The notes under the pieces: model-generated
Told to the model about the DNA's origin: nothing
Database searches by the model: none
Seen by the model: the letters and a program-made list of their open reading frames with translations, nothing else
Shown here: piece by piece, positions 18,688 through 27,780 of the stretch
How positions within the stretch are numbered: position 1 is the stretch's first letter
Layout: each line of letters starts with the position of its first letter
Position numbers and translations under genes: made by a program
Source of the DNA: an uncultured Bacteroidales bacterium
GTDB taxonomy: Bacteria; Bacteroidota; Bacteroidia; Bacteroidales; CAZJKL01
Direction of reading: 5' to 3'
DNA length: 64,000 bases
NCBI GenBank assembly: GCA_964546655.1
Contig: CAZJKL010000006.1
Coordinates: forward strand, 1,643 to 65,642

Positions 18688-20490
18688 TTATACTTTTTTT
18701 GCTCTTTTTCTATCATTTTCATCAAGAAGTATTTTCCTTAATCTAATAGATTTAGGAGTTACTTCAATATATTCATCGTTTCTAATATACTCCATAGCTT
18801 CTTCTAATGAGAATTTAATAGCAGGAACAATATAAGATTTATCATCTGACCCTGAAGCTCTAATGTTTGTAAGTTTTTTTGTTTTAGTAACTTTAACCAT
18901 TAAGTCATCTCCTCTTGAATTTTCTCCAACAACTTGCCCTACATAAACTTCATCCATTGGATCAATAAAGAATTTACCTCTGTCTTGAAGTTTATCAATA
19001 GCATACGCAACTGCTGTTCCTGTTTCCATTGAGATTAATGCTCCGTTTTTTTTGCTTGGTATTTCACCTTTCCAAGGTTCAAATCCTTTAAAGCGATGCG
19101 AAACTATTGCTTCTCCTTCTGTAGATGTTAACATTGGATTAGTTAAACCTATTAATCCTCTTGATGGAATACTAAATTCTAAAGATATCCTATCATTTTT
19201 AGTCCCCATACTCAACATTTCGCCTTTTCTTTTTGTAACAATTTCAATAACTTTACCAGAAAATACTTCAGGAACTTGAACTGTTAAAATTTCAATAGGC
19301 TCATTTTTAATCCCATTAATATTTTTTATAATAACTTGAGGCTGACCTAATTGGAATTCATATCCTTCTCTACGCATTGTTTCAACTAATACTGATAAAT
19401 GAAGAATACCTCTTCCAAAAACTAATAATTTTTCTGGAGAATTAGTTTCTTCTATTCTTAATGCTAGATTTTTTTCTGTTTCTCTATACAATCTATCTCT
19501 TATATGTCTTGATGTTAAGAATTGACCTTCTTTGCCAAAAAATGGTGAGTTATTTATAGTGAATAACATGCTCATAGTTGGTTCATCTACTGCAATTCTA
19601 GACAATCCTTCTGGTGCTTCAATATCGGCAATTGTATCCCCAATTTCAAAGTTTTCAATTCCTAATACAGCACAAATCTCTCCTGAAGTTACTGGTGTTT
19701 TAATTTTTTCTTTTCCTAACCCTTCAAAAACATATAGTTCTTTTATTTGAGTTTTATCAATACTTCCATCTTTTTTAACTACCGAAACATTCATTCCGGC
19801 TTGTATTTCACCTCTCAATACTCTTCCAACTGCAATTCTTCCTAAATATGAAGAATAATCTAATGAGCTAATTTGCATTTGAAGTGTTCCTTCGTTTTTC
19901 TTTGCTGGTTTGATATAATCTAAAATGGTGTCTAATAAATAGCTTACGTCGGTTGTTTCGTTTTGCCAATGGTCAGACATCCAACCATTTTTAGAAGAAC
20001 CGTAAACAGTAGGAAAACTTAATTGTTCTTCCGTTGCTTCTAAGCTAAACATTAAATCAAAAACTGCTTCTTGAACTTCTTCTGGAGAACAATTTGGCTT
20101 ATCAACTTTATTTACAACAACGATAGGTTTTAATTTTAGTTCTAAAGCCTTTTGTAAAACAAATCTTGTTTGTGGCATTGGGCCTTCAAAAGCATCAACT
20201 AATAGCAAAACGCCATCGGCCATATTTAATACTCTTTCTACCTCGCCTCCAAAATCAGAGTGACCCGGGGTGTCTATTATATTTATTTTTGTGTCTTTAT
20301 ATCGAACTGAAATGTTTTTTGCTAATATAGTTATACCTCTTTCTCTTTCTAAATCATTAGAATCTAAAATTAAATCATTAACTTCCTGATTATCTCTAAA
20401 TAATCTAACCTGATGTATAATTCTATCTACCAAAGTGGTTTTGCCGTGGTCAACGTGTGCTATAATAGCAATATTCCTAATTTCCTCCAT
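18688..20490 (-). CDS. typA: translational GTPase TypA/BipA
   Basis: 600 aa. [44 protein letters not shown], full length, with the BipA-specific C-terminal domain. Confidence 0.95.
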   Translation of the reverse strand: MEEIRNIAIIAHVDHGKTTLVDRIIHQVRLFRDNQEVNDLILDSNDLERERGITILAKNISVRYKDTKINIIDTPGHSDFGGEVERVLNMADGVLLLVDAFEGPMPQTRFVLQKALELKLKPIVVVNKVDKPNCSPEEVQEAVFDLMFSLEATEEQLSFPTVYGSSKNGWMSDHWQNETTDVSYLLDTILDYIKPAKKNEGTLQMQISSLDYSSYLGRIAVGRVLRGEIQAGMNVSVVKKDGSIDKTQIKELYVFEGLGKEKIKTPVTSGEICAVLGIENFEIGDTIADIEAPEGLSRIAVDEPTMSMLFTINNSPFFGKEGQFLTSRHIRDRLYRETEKNLALRIEETNSPEKLLVFGRGILHLSVLVETMRREGYEFQLGQPQVIIKNINGIKNEPIEILTVQVPEVFSGKVIEIVTKRKGEMLSMGTKNDRISLEFSIPSRGLIGLTNPMLTSTEGEAIVSHRFKGFEPWKGEIPSKKNGALISMETGTAVAYAIDKLQDRGKFFIDPMDEVYVGQVVGENSRGDDLMVKVTKTKKLTNIRASGSDDKSYIVPAIKFSLEEAMEYIRNDEYIEVTPKSIRLRKILLDENDRKRAKKV

Positions 20491-20513
20491 TATGTTTTTT
20501 TTAAAAGAATTTG

Positions 20514-20521
20514 CAAAAATA
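20514..20521 (-). promoter_or_regulatory. candidate -7 promoter box for typA (TATTTTTG on minus strand)
   Basis: Plus-strand caaaaata is TATTTTTG on the minus strand, 23 nt upstream of the typA ATG. Confidence 0.3.
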
Positions 20522-20677
20522 CTTTATTTAATTTTAATTTTCGCATTAACTCAATAATTTTTAAATAATTAAGGTTTTTACTTGTTTTGAACTAATGATT
20601 TTTTTGTTCTTTATTTTTGATTTATAATTAAAAAATGTAATTTGTATTTATTTATGTATTGAATTATTTTAATTAAT

Positions 20678-21472
20678 ATGAAAAGAATTATTTATCAAGT
20701 TGATTCATTTACTAATAAACCTTTTAAAGGTAACCCTGCTGGAGTTATGATTTTAGATAAGGCTATTGGTAAAAAGCTTATGCAAAATATAGCGAAAGAA
20801 ATGAATTTATCTGAAACTGCTTTTGTTCTTAAAAATAAAGATTTTTTTAGAATTCGATTTTTTACGCCAACTACTGAAATTGATTTGTGTGGACATGCAA
20901 CTTTAGCTAGTGCTCATATCCTTTATGAAAGCAATGTGGTTCAAGAAAATACTGAAATAATTTTTAAGGCGAACAAAAATAAATTATTTGTAAATAAACA
21001 GAAAGATTGGATAAAAATGAAGTTGCCTCGTTTTTATATTAAAGAATATAAAATACCAAAATCATTTAAAAATTTAGTTGGTTTTGACCCTAAAGAAATG
21101 TATTTGAGTAACTATAATTTTAAAGTGGCTTATACCGAAAATGAAGAAGATGTTTTTAATGCAAAACCAAATTTTGAAGAATTATCAAATAATGATTTGG
21201 GAGAATTAATAATAACTGCTCCATCAAAAAATAAAAACACCGATTTTGTTGTAAGATGTTTTGCTCCTGATTCTGGAATTAATGAAGATCCTGTTACAGG
21301 TTCTGCTCATTGTGCTTTAGCTCCTTTATGGAATAAGCTAACTGGGAAAAAACAGTTTAATTCATTGCAAGTTTCAGAAAGAACAGGTAGATTAAAAGTT
21401 GTTTTAAACAAAAATAATGTTGAAATTTCGGGACAAGCTATTACGATTTTTAAAGCAGATATTGTTTTGTAA
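20678..21472 (+). CDS. PhzF family isomerase-like protein
   Basis: 264 aa. QVDSFTNKPFKGNPAGV, LSETAFV, FFTPTTEIDLCGHATLA, EDPVTGSAHCAL. Confidence 0.85.
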   Translation: MKRIIYQVDSFTNKPFKGNPAGVMILDKAIGKKLMQNIAKEMNLSETAFVLKNKDFFRIRFFTPTTEIDLCGHATLASAHILYESNVVQENTEIIFKANKNKLFVNKQKDWIKMKLPRFYIKEYKIPKSFKNLVGFDPKEMYLSNYNFKVAYTENEEDVFNAKPNFEELSNNDLGELIITAPSKNKNTDFVVRCFAPDSGINEDPVTGSAHCALAPLWNKLTGKKQFNSLQVSERTGRLKVVLNKNNVEISGQAITIFKADIVL

Positions 21473-21554
21473 ATATTCTTACACCATATTTTGCCTAAAT
21501 AGTTTTTATTTATTATTTATTTTCATAATATTGCATATATAAAACTGTAATATT

Positions 21555-24518
21555 ATGTATTTGTATTATAAAACTGCTTTGATTCTAATTACATTGAATG
21601 TTTTTTCTCTGTTTTGTTTTACGCAAAACACTATTTGGCTCGAAAACTTCAATGATATATCAGACTTAACTACTTCTGATAATGGTATTACAAAATGGAA
21701 TACCTACGTAGATAATTGCACCATTGAAACTGGTGATAAGTTTTATGTTGAAAACAAAAAATTTACGGCAAACGATACCGATTGTGAAGCCGTATGGATT
21801 TCTGATACTATTGATATAAGTCAATATAACTCTATTTATATTTCTTGTTTTTTTTCAAAACAAGGAGAAATGGAATCTACTGATTATATAAGTTTGTCGT
21901 ATAAAACAGAAAATAATATAGAAAATAATATTACTATTTTGAATAATAATTTTAATGACACTACTATTGTTTCTGATATTATTAAAGGTGATTTTGTTGT
22001 TTTTTATGTAAAAGTTAAAAACAATTCTAAATTAGAATTTCATTATTTTGATGACTTTACTATTATTGCTCCAATTTGGCATGAGACTTTTACTTTAGAT
22101 AATGGTTTAACTTACGATAATGGCTTAACCAAGTGGAATATCAACTACGAAAACTGCGGTATTGATAGCACTGATATTATTGGTGTATTTAACAATAAGG
22201 TTGTTATTAATGATATTGATGATACTGCAATATGGTCGTCTGATTTTATTGATATTTCGGAATGTGATTTTGTTAACATATCACTTGATATTTCGGAAAG
22301 AGGTGATTTAGAGAATGGTAATTTCATAAAAATATGTTTAAAAGTTGATAATAGTGATGAAATATTTTTTTATGAATTTTATGATGATTTTGATTCCGAA
22401 AAAATTTCAATTAATAATATTCATGGGGATAGTTTAAAAATTATAGTTTATTTTAAAAATAATGCAAATAATGAGTTTTATGAAATTGATAATATTTTAG
22501 TTGATAAATATAATTTCAAAACTTTTTATTCTATTAATAATGGTAATTGGAATGATCCTAATATATGGAATGTTGATAGTTCGGGGAATGTATTTAATGA
22601 AATACCGGATAGTAATTCTCATGCAATATTAAATCATAGTATTTATTGTAATTCTCATGTTGATATTATGAACCTTACATTAAAGGAAAATTCAACAATA
22701 AATTTTAGCAATAATCAGAATAAATTAAGTCTTAAAAACAATGGAAATTTATTTATTGAATCGCCACAAAATCTCAATTTATCTCTCAATTTATCGCCAA
22801 CCTCATATCACACAATAAACACAAAAAACTCTAACACTAGTATTTTAAATAAAATTGTATTTGCTAATAATTCTAACATCACATTAAAAGGTAATGGCAT
22901 TTTAAATATTGATACGATTATTTTCTCTGACAAAAATTCATTAGTAAATAATATAACTAATGGATTAAACATTATCGAAAAAAACATAAACAATGGTTTC
23001 TGTAAAATACTAAACTATAATACAATTAATTATATTGGTGAAAAATTTTCTAATCTAAAAGTGCTTAATAATAAAAGTATTTTTAATTATTGCTCTGATA
23101 AAAACCAGCAAATATCTACTTATTTTGATTACTATAATTTAACTGCTTCTAATAATGGAATAAAAAGTTTTATAGGAAGTTTAAATGTTACTAATAATCT
23201 AAATATTAAAGATAGTGCTGTTTTAAAAAGTGATACTAATATAATTAAAATTGGCGGTAATTGGGTTAATGAAGGGGACTTAGAAAACTCATTTCTTGAA
23301 GATTCTGGATCTTTAGAATTTAACGGAATTGGCAATAATCAATTAATTAAAAATAATAACAATGAAACGTTTAACAACCTAACAATAAATAAATTAAATG
23401 GTGGTGATTTAAATTTTATTGATTCAACATGCGTCATTGTAACTGGGAATTTGAATTTAAATGAAGGTTGTATAAATACGCGGTTTAATAATAAATGCAT
23501 TTATTTAACAAAAGAGGCCTCCTCTAATCAAGGGAATTCAAAAAGTTTTGTTAAAGGCACTTTTATTAAAGAATGTGATAGTAGTTTTATTTTTCCATTA
23601 GGGGATAAAGATGTATGGGCAAGAATTGGTGTTTCGGAATTAGATACATGCTTAACTTTTAAAGTTGATTATAATAGTAATTGTTTTTATAACACAACTG
23701 ATTTAATTAATTTTAATACAATTAGCACAACAGAATATTGGAGTTTAGATAAGCTTGAAAATTACGGTAATGCAAAGGTAACTTTATATTGGGAAAATGG
23801 AGAAAGCTATAATGGCATTACAGATATTAATAATTTAATAGTTGCCAGTTGGAATGGATCTTCTTGGGAAGACAAATCTAAATTTGGAAAAAAAGAAGGT
23901 TCTTCTGATTTTGGAAATATTACCAGTGGATTGCTAAGTGATTTTTCGTTTTTCACTTTTGGTTCTTACGAAAGTAATCCTTTGCCAATTGACTTATTAA
24001 GCTTTTATGCCATTAATAATAAATCCTATATAAAATTATTGTGGCAGTCGTTTAACTATATTAATAAATATTATTATTTGGTTGAGAAGTCGGTTGATGG
24101 ATTAAATTTTAAACCTATAGATAGTGTTTTTATTGATAATTTTAGCTCTAATCATGAATTTAGTTCAGTAGATTATAATCCTATTAATGGAACTTCGTAT
24201 TATAGATTAAAACAATATTATACTGATAATAATTTTGAATATTCTAAAATAATTTCGGTTAACTATAAATCAGAAAAAGAAAAAATAAAATCATATACAT
24301 ATAATAATATAATGTATGTTGAATTTGAAGAATTAGAAAACAACTCAGAAATAAATATAAAACTTTTTAATACAAATTCTGATTTGGTTTATGAGAATAC
24401 TATTCTTGAGTTAAAAAACAACAAGCTAAGTTTTCCTATAAACAATCTTCCTAAGGGAATTTATTTTTTACAAATAAAAGAGAGCGGTTATATTTATAAC
24501 AGTAAAGTTATAAAATAA
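21555..24518 (+). CDS. large secreted T9SS cargo protein with tandemly duplicated N-terminal domain
   Basis: 987 aa, Asn-rich. Residues 27-171 and 174-318 are repeats (ITKWNTYVDNCTIETGD..AVWISDTIDIS versus LTKWNINYENCGIDSTD..AIWSSDFIDIS). FN3-like module LLWQS...YLVEKSVDGLNFK...YYRLKQYYTDNNFEYS. C-terminal KGIYFLQIKESGYIYNSKVIK sorting domain. Confidence 0.8.
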   Translation: MYLYYKTALILITLNVFSLFCFTQNTIWLENFNDISDLTTSDNGITKWNTYVDNCTIETGDKFYVENKKFTANDTDCEAVWISDTIDISQYNSIYISCFFSKQGEMESTDYISLSYKTENNIENNITILNNNFNDTTIVSDIIKGDFVVFYVKVKNNSKLEFHYFDDFTIIAPIWHETFTLDNGLTYDNGLTKWNINYENCGIDSTDIIGVFNNKVVINDIDDTAIWSSDFIDISECDFVNISLDISERGDLENGNFIKICLKVDNSDEIFFYEFYDDFDSEKISINNIHGDSLKIIVYFKNNANNEFYEIDNILVDKYNFKTFYSINNGNWNDPNIWNVDSSGNVFNEIPDSNSHAILNHSIYCNSHVDIMNLTLKENSTINFSNNQNKLSLKNNGNLFIESPQNLNLSLNLSPTSYHTINTKNSNTSILNKIVFANNSNITLKGNGILNIDTIIFSDKNSLVNNITNGLNIIEKNINNGFCKILNYNTINYIGEKFSNLKVLNNKSIFNYCSDKNQQISTYFDYYNLTASNNGIKSFIGSLNVTNNLNIKDSAVLKSDTNIIKIGGNWVNEGDLENSFLEDSGSLEFNGIGNNQLIKNNNNETFNNLTINKLNGGDLNFIDSTCVIVTGNLNLNEGCINTRFNNKCIYLTKEASSNQGNSKSFVKGTFIKECDSSFIFPLGDKDVWARIGVSELDTCLTFKVDYNSNCFYNTTDLINFNTISTTEYWSLDKLENYGNAKVTLYWENGESYNGITDINNLIVASWNGSSWEDKSKFGKKEGSSDFGNITSGLLSDFSFFTFGSYESNPLPIDLLSFYAINNKSYIKLLWQSFNYINKYYYLVEKSVDGLNFKPIDSVFIDNFSSNHEFSSVDYNPINGTSYYRLKQYYTDNNFEYSKIISVNYKSEKEKIKSYTYNNIMYVEFEELENNSEINIKLFNTNSDLVYENTILELKNNKLSFPINNLPKGIYFLQIKESGYIYNSKVIK

Positions 24519-24541
24519 AAAAGCCCCTAAAAAGGGGCTTT
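24517..24541. terminator. bidirectional intrinsic terminator between convergent genes
   Basis: aaaaagcccctaaaaaggggcttt: stem agcccc/ggggct flanked by an A-run and a T-run. It sits between the stops at 24518 (+) and 24551 (-). Confidence 0.65.
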
Positions 24542-24550
24542 AAATAAATA

Positions 24551-25102
24551 TTAAAGAGTTTGAATAGGCTTAATTATTTCTTTTCCCATTTCAACTGCTT
24601 TTTCATTTTCCGGAATAAGATTATGATATCTTGAAGGAAGAGATTTTTCTAATCCTTTTCTTATGTTTTCAGGTTTAATAATAGGTTTTAATTTAAGAAA
24701 ACCACCTAAAATAAACATATTAAACATTTTCAACATATTTGCTTGTGAAGCTTTATCATAAGCATCTATTCTATAGATATTAATATCTTTTCTTGTTGGA
24801 TGTTTAGTAATACCATTTCCATCATAAATTAACACACCACCTGGCTTAACAGTTTCTTCAAACTTATCCATAGATTGTTGATTAAGTAAAATAGCTGTGT
24901 CATAAACACTAACAATAGGTGAACTTATTCTTTTGTCGCTTATAATTACGGTAACATTAGCTGTGCCACCACGCATTTCAGGGCCATAAGAAGGAAACCA
25001 ACTTACTTCTTGATTTTGCATAACGCCTGAGTAAGCTAATATTTTACCCATTGAAAGAACTCCTTGTCCACCAAAACCTGCGATTATTATTTCTTCTGTC
25101 AT
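24551..25102 (-). CDS. 2-oxoacid:ferredoxin oxidoreductase, gamma subunit
   Basis: 183 aa. IIIAGFGGQGVLSMGKILA...SYGPEMRGGTANV is typical of the POR/KOR gamma subunit. Confidence 0.9.
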   Translation of the reverse strand: MTEEIIIAGFGGQGVLSMGKILAYSGVMQNQEVSWFPSYGPEMRGGTANVTVIISDKRISSPIVSVYDTAILLNQQSMDKFEETVKPGGVLIYDGNGITKHPTRKDINIYRIDAYDKASQANMLKMFNMFILGGFLKLKPIIKPENIRKGLEKSLPSRYHNLIPENEKAVEMGKEIIKPIQTL

Positions 25103-25127
25103 TTTTTCGTAAATTTTAGTTTATATT

Positions 25128-25910
25128 TTATTTTTCTTGTGGAACTTTAATATCTCCAAGTGGATAGAAAGGGAACATATTTTCTTCCATCCATACATTT
25201 GAAGCAACTGGAGAAAGTTTCCAGCCTGAATTACAGTTTGACACTATTTCAACAAAAGATAATCCTGTTTTTGTTTTTTGCAATTCGAAAGCTTTTTTAA
25301 GAGCTTTTTTTGCTTTTCTAACATTTGAAGGAGTATGAACCGATTGTCGAGTAACATAATTAGTGCCAGGTAATTGAGCTAATAATTCAGTTATTTTTAA
25401 AGGAGCACCCATAATTTCAACATCTCTACCTGTTGGGCAAGTTGAAGCTTTCATTCCAGGTAAAGTAGTTGGAGCCATTTGACCTCCAGTCATACCATAA
25501 ATACCATTATTTATAAAAACAATAGTTATATTTTCACCTCTATTACAAGCATGAATTGTTTCAGCAGTTCCAATAGCAGCTAAATCACCATCACCTTGAT
25601 ATGTAAAAACATATTTATCAGGGTTTAGTCTTTTAATAGCTGTTGCAAGAGCTGGTGCTCTACCGTGAGCAGCTTGTTGAAAGTCAACATCAAAGAAATT
25701 GTATGCAAGAACTGAACATCCAACAGGAGCAATTCCAATTGTAGTACCTTGAGCACCTAATTCTTCAATAACTTCAGCTATTAATCTGTGAGCAGTACCG
25801 TGTCCACATCCTGGACAATAACTTAGTACATTTTCTGTAAGCACTTTAGTTCTTGAATAAACTACATTTTCTGGCTTACGTATTTCTGGTCTAGCAAAAG
25901 ATTCTGCCAT
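25128..25910 (-). CDS. 2-oxoacid:ferredoxin oxidoreductase, beta (TPP-binding) subunit
   Basis: 260 aa. YCPGCGHG, GDGDLAAIG, and NNGIYGMTGGQ thiamine-diphosphate binding blocks. Confidence 0.9.
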   Translation of the reverse strand: MAESFARPEIRKPENVVYSRTKVLTENVLSYCPGCGHGTAHRLIAEVIEELGAQGTTIGIAPVGCSVLAYNFFDVDFQQAAHGRAPALATAIKRLNPDKYVFTYQGDGDLAAIGTAETIHACNRGENITIVFINNGIYGMTGGQMAPTTLPGMKASTCPTGRDVEIMGAPLKITELLAQLPGTNYVTRQSVHTPSNVRKAKKALKKAFELQKTKTGLSFVEIVSNCNSGWKLSPVASNVWMEENMFPFYPLGDIKVPQEK

Positions 25911-25914
25911 ATTA

Positions 25915-27000
25915 TTAACCTCCTATAATTTTTTGTTTTAACGCATCTATGATTTCTTCTGAACTTGGCATGATTCCACCTAATCTACCAAAATGATCAA
26001 CTTTAACTTTGCCATTAACAGCTAATTTAACGTCTTCTACCATTTGACCGGCGTTCATTTCTACAGATAAAAATCCTTTAACTCTATTTGCAAGTTCACT
26101 AATAATCTTAGTTGGGAAAGGATAAAGAGTAATTGGTCTTAATAAACCAACTTTTATACCTTTTTCTCTTGCAATTTCAACAACTTTTTGACAAATTCTT
26201 GAACTTGTTCCAAAAGCTACAATAATATAATCAGCATCATCTCCTTGTATTAACTCATATCTAACTTCGTTTTTCTCAACTTCACGATACTTAGCCTGAA
26301 TTTTAATATTCATTTGTTCTTGTTTAGCTGATTCTAATGCTAATGAAGTAATAACATTATGTGGTCTATCTGCAGGTTTTCCTAAAGTAGCCCAAGGACA
26401 TTGTTGACGAACTTGTTCTTCTGTTCTTCTAACTTTTTGTTCCTTTAGTTCAACTTTTTCCATCATTTGGCCTATTGCACCATCAGATAAAATCATAACT
26501 GGATTTCTGTATTTAAATGCTAATTCAAATCCTAATTCAACAAAATCAGCCATTTCTTGAACAGAAGCTGGAGCTAAAGTAATTAATTTATAATCACCAT
26601 GTCCGCCACCTTTAACTGTTTGGAAATAATCTGCTTGTGATGGTTGAATTGTTCCTAAACCAGGACCTCCTCTAACAACATTTAATATTAAGCCAGGTAA
26701 TTCTGCACCTGCCATATAAGAAAGTCCTTCTTGCTTTAAACTAATACCAGGACTTGAAGAAGATGTTACTACCATTTTCCCACAACCTGCTCCACCATAA
26801 ACCATGTTTATAGCTGCAACTTCACTTTCTGCTTGTAAAACAACCATTCCTGTTGTTTCATAAGGTTTTACTGTCATTAAATATTCTAATACTTCTGATT
26901 GTGGAGTAATAGGATATCCAAAATACCCATCAACGCCAGCTCTAATTGCTGCTTCAGCAAAAGCTTCGTTGCCTTTCATTAATCTTAATTCTTTTCCCAT
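25915..27000 (-). CDS. 2-oxoacid:ferredoxin oxidoreductase, alpha subunit
   Basis: 361 aa. MKGNEAFAEAAIRAGVDGYFGYPITPQSE, TSSSSPGISL, PGLILNVVRGGPGLG. Confidence 0.9.
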   Translation of the reverse strand: MGKELRLMKGNEAFAEAAIRAGVDGYFGYPITPQSEVLEYLMTVKPYETTGMVVLQAESEVAAINMVYGGAGCGKMVVTSSSSPGISLKQEGLSYMAGAELPGLILNVVRGGPGLGTIQPSQADYFQTVKGGGHGDYKLITLAPASVQEMADFVELGFELAFKYRNPVMILSDGAIGQMMEKVELKEQKVRRTEEQVRQQCPWATLGKPADRPHNVITSLALESAKQEQMNIKIQAKYREVEKNEVRYELIQGDDADYIIVAFGTSSRICQKVVEIAREKGIKVGLLRPITLYPFPTKIISELANRVKGFLSVEMNAGQMVEDVKLAVNGKVKVDHFGRLGGIMPSSEEIIDALKQKIIGG

Positions 27001-27030
27001 TATATAAAAATTTCTTGGTTATTAAAAAAA

Positions 27031-27258
27031 TTAAACTTCAATTTTTGCTCTATAAACAGTTATTACACCGTCTGGGCAAACGATTGCACAATTTGCACAA
27101 CCTACACACGTATTATTAATTGTTATTGCATAATGGTAACCTTTACCATTAACCTCTTTCGACATTCCCAATGCATTAGTCGGACACGCTCCATTACACA
27201 CACAACAGCCTTTGCATCTTTCAATATCTACTACGACATCGCCTACTATTTTTGCCAT
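27031..27258 (-). CDS. 2-oxoacid:ferredoxin oxidoreductase, delta subunit (2x[4Fe-4S] ferredoxin)
   Basis: 75 aa with two Cys clusters, CKGCCVCNGACP and CVGCANCAIVCP. First gene of the D-A-B-C operon. Confidence 0.85.
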   Translation of the reverse strand: MAKIVGDVVVDIERCKGCCVCNGACPTNALGMSKEVNGKGYHYAITINNTCVGCANCAIVCPDGVITVYRAKIEV

Positions 27259-27580
27259 TTTTATTATGTTGTTTTAGTTAATACTTAATTTTTGACACGA
27301 ATATACAAATTATATATTTATATACAAATTTTTATTTTAAATTAAAATTTGATTTTGACGAAATATTTTGATTTTTTATTTCTGAATTTATTATCAAAGT
27401 TAGTGGACTTTATATTCTTATTAGACCGTGATAAATTTATAATGTTTTTATTTTATAGGCGGAATGTTTTACTTTTCAAGAAATTAATTGTAGGTAATAT
27501 GATGTTAGCGGAACACCCTCTATAACAAATTTTGCTCCTTCTATAAGTATTACGCTTGACCCGTTTTTGTGATGCGAACT

Positions 27581-27620
27581 AAAAACAAAAACGCCTAAAA
27601 ATTTTCATTTTTAGGCGTTT
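27581..27620 (-). terminator. intrinsic terminator downstream of tRNA-Asp
   Basis: Perfect 13-bp stem aaacgcctaaaaa (27589-27601) / tttttaggcgttt (27608-27620) with a 6-nt loop. A T-rich tract follows on the minus strand. It starts 20 nt after the tRNA 3' end. Confidence 0.55.
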
Positions 27621-27639
27621 GCTTTGTTTTCTTTTGGAG

Positions 27640-27713
27640 CGGAACGGACGGGACTCGAACCCGCGACCTTCGGCGTGACAGGCCGACATTCTAACCAACT
27701 GAACTACCGATCC
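27640..27713 (-). tRNA. tRNA-Asp (anticodon GTC)
   Basis: Minus strand: GGATCGGTAGTTCAGTTGGTTAGAATGTCGGCCTGTCACGCCGAAGGTCGCGGGTTCGAGTCCCGTCCGTTCCG. Hand-folded cloverleaf: D stem GTTC/GAAT, anticodon stem TCGGC/GCCGA, loop CTGTCAC, T arm GCGGG-TTCGAGT-CCCGT. One U4:U69 acceptor mismatch and no encoded CCA. Confidence 0.85.
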
Positions 27714-27780
27714 AACATGTTAAGTTATCAATAACTCGGTGCAAAGATATTATTCTTTTTTTAAAATACAAAAAAAATAT

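Noticed and set aside
27259-27580. Long untranslated spacer upstream of the oxidoreductase operon as a riboswitch or sRNA locus
   Set aside because: Only a direct repeat of atatacaaatt (27301 and 27320) and near-matches to promoter boxes are visible. There is no convincing conserved structure, and the region is too AT-rich to judge by eye.
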